From NCBI RefSeq assembly GCF_009914755.1, contig NC_060925.1: a DNA stretch of 64,000 bases; one strand, given 5' to 3'. The stretch comes from the human T2T-CHM13v2.0 reference genome, Homo sapiens. Of the stretch, positions 56,403 to 64,000 are shown in pieces; the first letter of the stretch is position 1; each line of letters starts with the position of its first letter. The notes beneath the pieces are model-generated. The model saw only the letters and a program-made list of their open reading frames with translations, was not told the origin of the DNA and did not search any database. Both the position numbers and the translations under genes were made by a program.

Positions 56403-56960
56403 GTGTGTGTGTGTGAGAGAGAGTGTGTGATTGTGAGTGTGCGTGTGTGTGAGTGGGTGTGGGGGTAAGAGTGCGTGTGTGTGCATGAGAGTGTGTGTGT
56501 GAGTGTGTGGGGACGACAGCGTGTGTGTGGATGAGTATGTGTGTGTGGGTGAGTGTGTGTGGGGGAGTGAGAGAGTGTGTGGGTGTGTGTGTGCATGAGT
56601 GTATGGATGAGTGTGTGTGGGGTGTGTGGATGAGTGTGTGTGTGAGTGTGTGTGTGGGTGAGAGTGTGAGTGTGTGGGGGAGTGAGAATGTGTGTGTGGG
56701 GGTGAGTGTGTGCATTGAGTGTGTGGATGAGTGTGGGGGGGTGGATGAGTGTGTGGGGGGGTGTGGATGAATGTGGGGGGGTGAGTATGAGTGGGTGAGA
56801 GTGTGAGTGGGTGAGAGTGTGTGTGGATGAGTGTGTGTGGGTGAGAGTGTGTGGGTGTATGTGTGGGCTACGTGTGTGTGGGTGTGTGTGGATGAGTGTG
56901 AGTGTGGGTGAGAGTGTGTGGGTGTGTGTGGGGAGTGTGTGTGTGTATGTGTGAATGTGT
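56403..56960 (+). repeat. Complex (TG)n/(GAGTGT)n/(GGATGAGTGT)n microsatellite
   Basis: ~560 bp composed almost only of G, T and A. Confidence 0.95.
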
Positions 56961-58905
56961 GGGCGTACACAGGCATGCACATGCACACATCCAAGCACAT
57001 TCAGGGGTATTTCTGGGCGTGTGTGTCTGTCTAGGTGCATCCATGTGTGTATGCCTAGGGCTGTCTCGAGTGGCTTAGATGCCTGTGTGGGTCTGAGTGT
57101 GTCCATGTTAGCGTGGAGGGCTGTGTCTCTGAGTGGTACCTGTGCACATGGCAGTGTATGTGTGTCCCTGTCTCTGTCTCTACACGTGTGCACAGGACAA
57201 GGGTATTTGCACAGGTCCATGTTCCTCCATTTGTAAGCATGCATCTGAGCCTCCCAAGGTAGAGAGCATCTCCCAACTTCCTTAATCCACAGTGTTGGGG
57301 GTAAGCCCCTGGAGCTGAGGCAGGGGGAGGGACAGCAGATGGGGGACTCCTGATCCCCCTGGCATAGGCTACAAACACTTTTTCCTACAAAGACACCAGG
57401 GCCCCATGCATCAGCACAGACACACAACAACATGCCATCACACATGTTGCAGGTACACGCAAACCCCTAACCCAAACTAACGTCCTAAACAGAAACATGG
57501 CCTTAGCTCCACGTGGAAAAAGGATTACCTGGCCTCACTTGCAGCCTTGCAGACCATCCCTCAAGACACAGCTGAGCTCCCTCTGGATCTGAGATTGTCC
57601 CCACAAGCCCCCCAGCTCCGCAGCTCACATGAGAATAGGATCCAGCCAGCCAGGGCTCAGCTCCCAGAGGCCATGTAGGGGCTTCAGCCCCGGGGAAGCT
57701 GTTCCACTTCTCACTGCTGAGTGACCCTCAACAGCCACACTTCATCTCTGGGTTCAGTCTCCTCATCTGAACAGCAAGGCCAGGGCTGATTCCTGGCTCT
57801 TTGCCCCAAAACTCCATTTCAGGAGGGACGGATGCAGGGAACTGTGAGTTCTGGGGCTGGGAGGGCAAGGAACTAAAGAAGAATCAAGAATCCCTCTAGC
57901 CTTGGTCCTAACTACCCCCTCAGCCCTCAAGACCCCTGTCCCCAAGGGGAGCCCTCAGGTTCTGGCCCTGGTGGGTCACAGCCAGGGACATGGGAGGTTC
58001 CAACCAGCCAGGGAGCAAGATAAGGGCCTCTAGGGAAGCAGAGCAGGGGGAGGAAGCGAGTAAGAGGAGGAGGGTGGGAGGAGGGAGGGAGGGAGGGGGG
58101 CTGAGCAGAGACGGAGGAGGAGATGGAGAGGAGGGAGGTTGGAGAGGAGAAGGTCTCCTCAAAACCGAGCCTGAGCCTCCGAGCCCACAGTCTGTCCACC
58201 CTCCAGAAAGACGGAGCCAAACAGGCTCCAGTGCACCTCTCCCCGCCTGCACCTCCATAGCTCACTGGGTGCCCACTGCTCCCTGCTGCCAGGCTCCACT
58301 TTCCTCTTCTCCCAGTCTTGGGGGTCACATGAGCTGGGGGCTGGGGAGAAAGGACCAAATGTGACAACAGGGGAGAACTAGGAGTGAAACAGATTGAGGA
58401 CGTGTGAAAGCAGGGAAAAGAAACAAAGTAGCAATGTCAGAATTTGGGGAAATGTAACAAAGTACCATGTGTGAGGGTTGGAGGGGAGATGATGTAATGG
58501 GGAATTAGCAGCTGCAACAATGTATCCAAGTGAGAGCTCCAAGGTGGTAACAATGTAACCCTGAGGGGAACCAGACACTACGAAGTGAAATAACATAATT
58601 GGGCTTGGCAAAGAATCCTAACAGGTAGAAGAGGCACCTAGGAACCTAGAAGAGGGAGGCAGGAGTGAGGGGGCTGAGGAGTGGCTTACTGTGCTTGGGG
58701 GCTGGTAGGAGGGGTCATTATTGGATTCCCAGAGGAGGAGACATCTGTGCTGGGTTTTAGAGGATGTGTAGGAGTTCACTGAAGAATAAAGGAACAGTCC
58801 ATGAAGAGGGAACAGCATCTGGGTAGGCATGAAGGAAAAAGAGACAATGGTATGCTCTGTGCTCAGGAGGGCTGGTAGAAGCGTGGGATGTACAGACTGG
58901 GCTTA

Positions 58906-59430
<525 letters not shown>

Positions 59431-61268
59431 TTAGTCCCAGCTCAGCCATCAACTTGTTGTGTACTTTGGACAAATCATTGCACTTCTCTGATCCTCAACT
59501 TCCCCAAATGTCATGTAAGAAAGTTGAATTATAGACTCTCAGAAGATACTCATGATGACTCGAGATCAATGCTTTGGCCTCAGTGTCCCCTTTGGAACAG
59601 TGAACAATTTGGACAAGAGTATTTTCAAGGGCCCTTCCAGCTGAAATCCTCTCCAGCCATCTGATCTTTCCCCAGCCTGGGTTAGCCTCTGCCCATAGCC
59701 CCATACAGACAGAAAATATGCTGCAGAGAACAGATCCATGTGGAAGCCAGGAGCCCAAAGTCCCAAGAAAGGGCCTGCCCGACAACAGCCACACAAGTTC
59801 AGGTACCCAGCAAGGCCTGATTGGCCCTACATTCATCCTGTAGGGATACCATGCTTTACAGTTAGAAATGTACACGGCAGCATGAAGCAGTGCTTATGTA
59901 CTAGATGGGACTCCAGGGGCAGGCTGCTTGGATTCAAATCCCAGCTGGGCCACTCACTAGCTCTGTGACCTTGCACAAATTATTTAACCTCTCTGTACCT
60001 TGATTTCCTCTTTTGTAAAATGAAGATTACAATGGCATCTCCCTCATAAGGCTAAGGATTGTTTATAGATGAAACATTTGGCCGAGTGTTTTGCGAGTGG
60101 CAGGCACTCAATGGGCAGAACTCAATATGTCACCTCCAAGCTCCGGCATCTCATGCTATCTCCTCACGACAAAAGGGCAGCACCCTCTACCTGCAGGACA
60201 GTACCCAAATGCCTTGGTTTGGACTCAAAGCCCACCTTGTGAGCCAGTGAGCTCTTCCATGTGGAGGACCTGTGGGGTTCAACTGTTCAGCCCAAGAACA
60301 CTGAGGCACAGGGCCAGACACCCACCAGGTACCTGGTGACTGTGTGTTAAAGGCATGAAACACACTCTCATCAGAAAGGGCGGCCCCTACAGCAGTGACC
60401 CCTCGCCGCCAAGGGAGGCGTGTTCCCCTCTCCACATGTGGTAGCTCCCTGATATACTGCGACCTTCCCCACTTCTCAGACTTTGTCCATCCTAGTCCCC
60501 CTATCAATGTGCTGCCATCTGTCAAGGCCTGGTACAAAGGACGCCTCCTCCATGAAGTCTTCCTAGTCTTCAGGGTCTAAATCAACCTCTCATTACCCCA
60601 CAGAATTGAGAGCTTCCTAATGTCAGGGACCAAGCTGAGCCCCCTGGGGGTCCCTAGTGCTCGGCTGAGACCAGACACAGAGGGTCCATCAGTAAACAGT
60701 AGCACAGTGGGGATAAGGATCCAGGTACTGGACTCCCTGCCCAGCCCCCAGCTAGCTTGGAACTGATGATCATGTTCCAGGGTTCAGGGAGGGTGGTGGT
60801 GCCCAGCGTGATGGGCAAGGAAAGAGATGCCTCCTACCCTGGCCCAAGAGGAACCAGAGACAAGCCACGTGAAGGGAGCAGGCCTCCCCTCCCCACCCAG
60901 GCCAGCCGTCCTGCCTGCCCTTCCCCACTAAGCCAACTCTAGGTCAGGCCCTGTCTCTGGCCTCAGGTCTTTCTGATAGTTCCTCAAATCTGAAGACTAC
61001 AAGGGCCCCTGGGTCACCATTCACTCTTCCCATTTAACAGACGTGGAAGTGGAGGCCCAGAGAGGGAACAGGCTGCCTGCTACCACTTGACAAGCTAGTG
61101 GCAAATTCACCTCTGAGACACAACCACCTTGGGGAATGTATAATAATTAAAAGTCATCACCCAGCAGCAGGTTCCTTTTAACCATCTGCACCTCCCACCA
61201 CTCCTCACCACCACCTAACGGGTCAGGGATCACTGGATCTGTCTGACAGAAGAGGAGACTAAGGCTGA

Positions 61269-61887
<619 letters not shown>

Positions 61888-62202
61888 AAAATCCACCCAC
61901 TTCTAATGGCAGAGCTGGGGCTCAGCCTGTCAGGGAGGAGGGGTAGGGCTTCCTCCCTGCTTCTCTTCAATTCCCCCCTCGAGACCTCACAAAAGCACAT
62001 GCACCTGCCACCAGTAAACCTGCCTGAAGCAAGACATGGCCAGACAAGACATAGGACACACACGACACAACTGAACACTGACAGCCCCCTTGCACAGGGC
62101 TTCATATACAGCAGGTGCTTAGTAAATGTCTGCTGAGTGAGCAACGCAGTCAATCAAGACAGGCGCCCATGCAGGAGCCCACACGTCTGCCTGATGCCCT
62201 TG

Positions 62203-62297
62203 TGTGGGGAAAAGAAAGAGATCAAAATGGAGTTTCTTATGTCTTCCTTTTCTACATAGACACAGTAACAGTCTGATCGCCCTTTCTTTTCCCCACG
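62203..62297. mobile_element. 95-bp HERV-K(HML-2) LTR5-derived insert made of two inverted U3 ends
   Basis: Minus strand reads GTGGGGAAAAGAAAG...GATCAGACTGTTACTGTGTCTATGTAGAAAAGGAAGACATAAGAAACTCCATTTTGATC (LTR5 U3 start). Plus strand begins TGTGGGGAAAAGAAAGAGATC. Flanks are CCCTTG / CTCTTG. Confidence 0.85.
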
Positions 62298-64000
62298 CTC
62301 TTGAACGAGCATCTCCATAAGCACCCAGGCTCCAGGCTCAGAGTCCTGCTAACTGCCCCACTGTGGGCACATTGCTCAACCTCTCAGGGCCTCTGTGCCC
62401 CCATCTGTAAAATGGGGTAACCATGCCTGCCTCACAGGGCCATAGTGAGGACCCACTGAGATAAAGCATGTTAAGCACTTAGAACCACACCTAGCACATG
62501 ACATGCAGCAGTAAGTATTGGCCGTTATCTTTCTCATCATCTTCCTCGTCATCATCTGTGCTTGTGTCTGTCTCCCTGACACAGGGAGCATCTTGAAGGC
62601 AGGAACCAGGTAAGATGCAGCTGCAGACACCCCCCAACAATGGCATCCAGGCCTTGAGGAGGGGGCATTAAGCAAGGGGTGGATGACAGAGGGTAAAGAC
62701 TGACACAGGCACCTATACCCCAACTGTGGGCCTGGACAGGGAATAGTGTATGGCTTCTGTCAGGTAAAAATGCCCTTCCCCTGCTCCCAAAACAACAGTC
62801 CACCTCCCCCCAGCTCTCCAGGAGCCTTGCCTACTCAGGCCCTGCATCCCCCACGGAGCACCCCCAAGCCCCAGCCCAGGGAGGGGGACAGGTCTAATGA
62901 GCCGCCCACAGCCCCCTGGTGCCCGCAATCGAATTGGCAATCAGTTTGCTGCAATTAGATTTCCCAGATCCCGCTGGTGATTGATTCTAAATTACCCTCA
63001 TTAAAGTCTGGGCTGGCAGGCAGGGATGGGGGAGGGCAGGATGGATGGGGGGGTCCTAGCTGGCAGTGCAGGGGGTACAGGAATCTCTAGGGTCGCCTGG
63101 GCCAAGGCTAACCCCAGGGTGAAGCAGCACCAGACAGCACCCTGGAAGCCCATGGCCCATCCAAAAGCAGGATGAAGGCCCAAGTCAGTGTTATCCCCAG
63201 TCCCAGCTGCACCCCCAGAAAACCCTGGCTAAGTAGGGGATGTGACGACAAGATCAGATGGGGCTCCAGGGTAGGAGAAGGGGCAAATGAACACCAGGCT
63301 CCACCAGCTCCTGGCTGTGTGTGCTTTGGCAGGTGGCCTAACATCTCTGAGCCTTCCTCTAAATAAGGGGAATCCCACCAGCCCCTCAAGAGTGGTGGGA
63401 GGCTCAGTGGGACCATCTAAGGCTGGAGAGCCAGCCCCAATCCATTGGCAAGGCCCCAGGCTGTGGCTGGGCCATCAGCTGTGGGATGTCAGGCTGTAGG
63501 GCTGGCCATCTCTCTAGGACTCTCCACCCCTGAGATCCTGCGTAAACATCAATAGTCACCTACTCTGGGCCAGGGCCCATGTGACAGACAGAACACAGCC
63601 GAGATGCTCCCTGGCTGGGAGGAAAATGGAAAGCACCCAGTCTCACCAAGTCCTGGGCTCAAGCTGCAAATAACAAGGCCTCTCTGGAGTTCCAGGAGTG
63701 GAAGGGCCTGAAGAGTCATCATGCAGGATGGACTGCAGGCTGCTCAACAGCTCTGGAGAACCAGCCCCCAGAAACTCAGCACCACGGACCCTAGAATGTG
63801 CTTCCTCTCATCTGGCTTAAGTCCTGCTGGCTCCAACTGGGAGTCCGGCCCATGGTCTCCTTCTAAGGGTACCCCCACCCCCAGAGTTCTCCTTCAGGCC
63901 ATCCATGATTATTCAAACTTAGTTCCCCCTCTCTCCAAAAGAAAACCCTGCTCCTCACCCCCAAGCAGTAGTTCTTCAGTAAGACCCAGAGAGGGACAGA

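Noticed and set aside
56351-57445. 364-aa His/Thr-rich ORF
   Set aside because: Translation of the (TG)n microsatellite, which lacks stops for compositional reasons.

Overview
Human (primate) genomic DNA from the SDC3 (syndecan-3) locus, which lies at 1p35.2 by recognition of the gene. SDC3 runs on the minus strand. Exons 2-5 (40900-41017, 38829-39442, 36574-36865, 35488-35654) all have canonical GT-AG borders, followed by a ~3.7 kb 3'UTR ending at an AATAAA at 31757-31762. Exon 1 (signal peptide) lies beyond the right edge, so 41018-64000 is intron 1. Positions 1-31.7 kb are downstream intergenic DNA rich in Alu, MIR, L2, MaLR and L1M relics, with a tailless 7SK retrocopy, a MER41A solo LTR and an Alu-interrupted Tigger3 element. 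The most unusual element is a 95-bp HERV-K(HML-2) LTR5-derived insert at 62203-62297. It consists of two U3 ends in inverted orientation joined at GATC and flanked by a near-perfect 6-bp target-site duplication, i.e. a MITE-like retroviral integrant. Other notable items: templated repair patches (inside an Alu, and copied from a MIR), a decayed 24-bp/octapeptide repeat at the window start, an in-frame signal-peptide-less SDC3 N-terminus, two Pumilio elements in the SDC3 3'UTR, and several neural TF motif clusters. Repeat subfamily names and boundaries were assigned by eye from remembered consensus sequences and are approximate.
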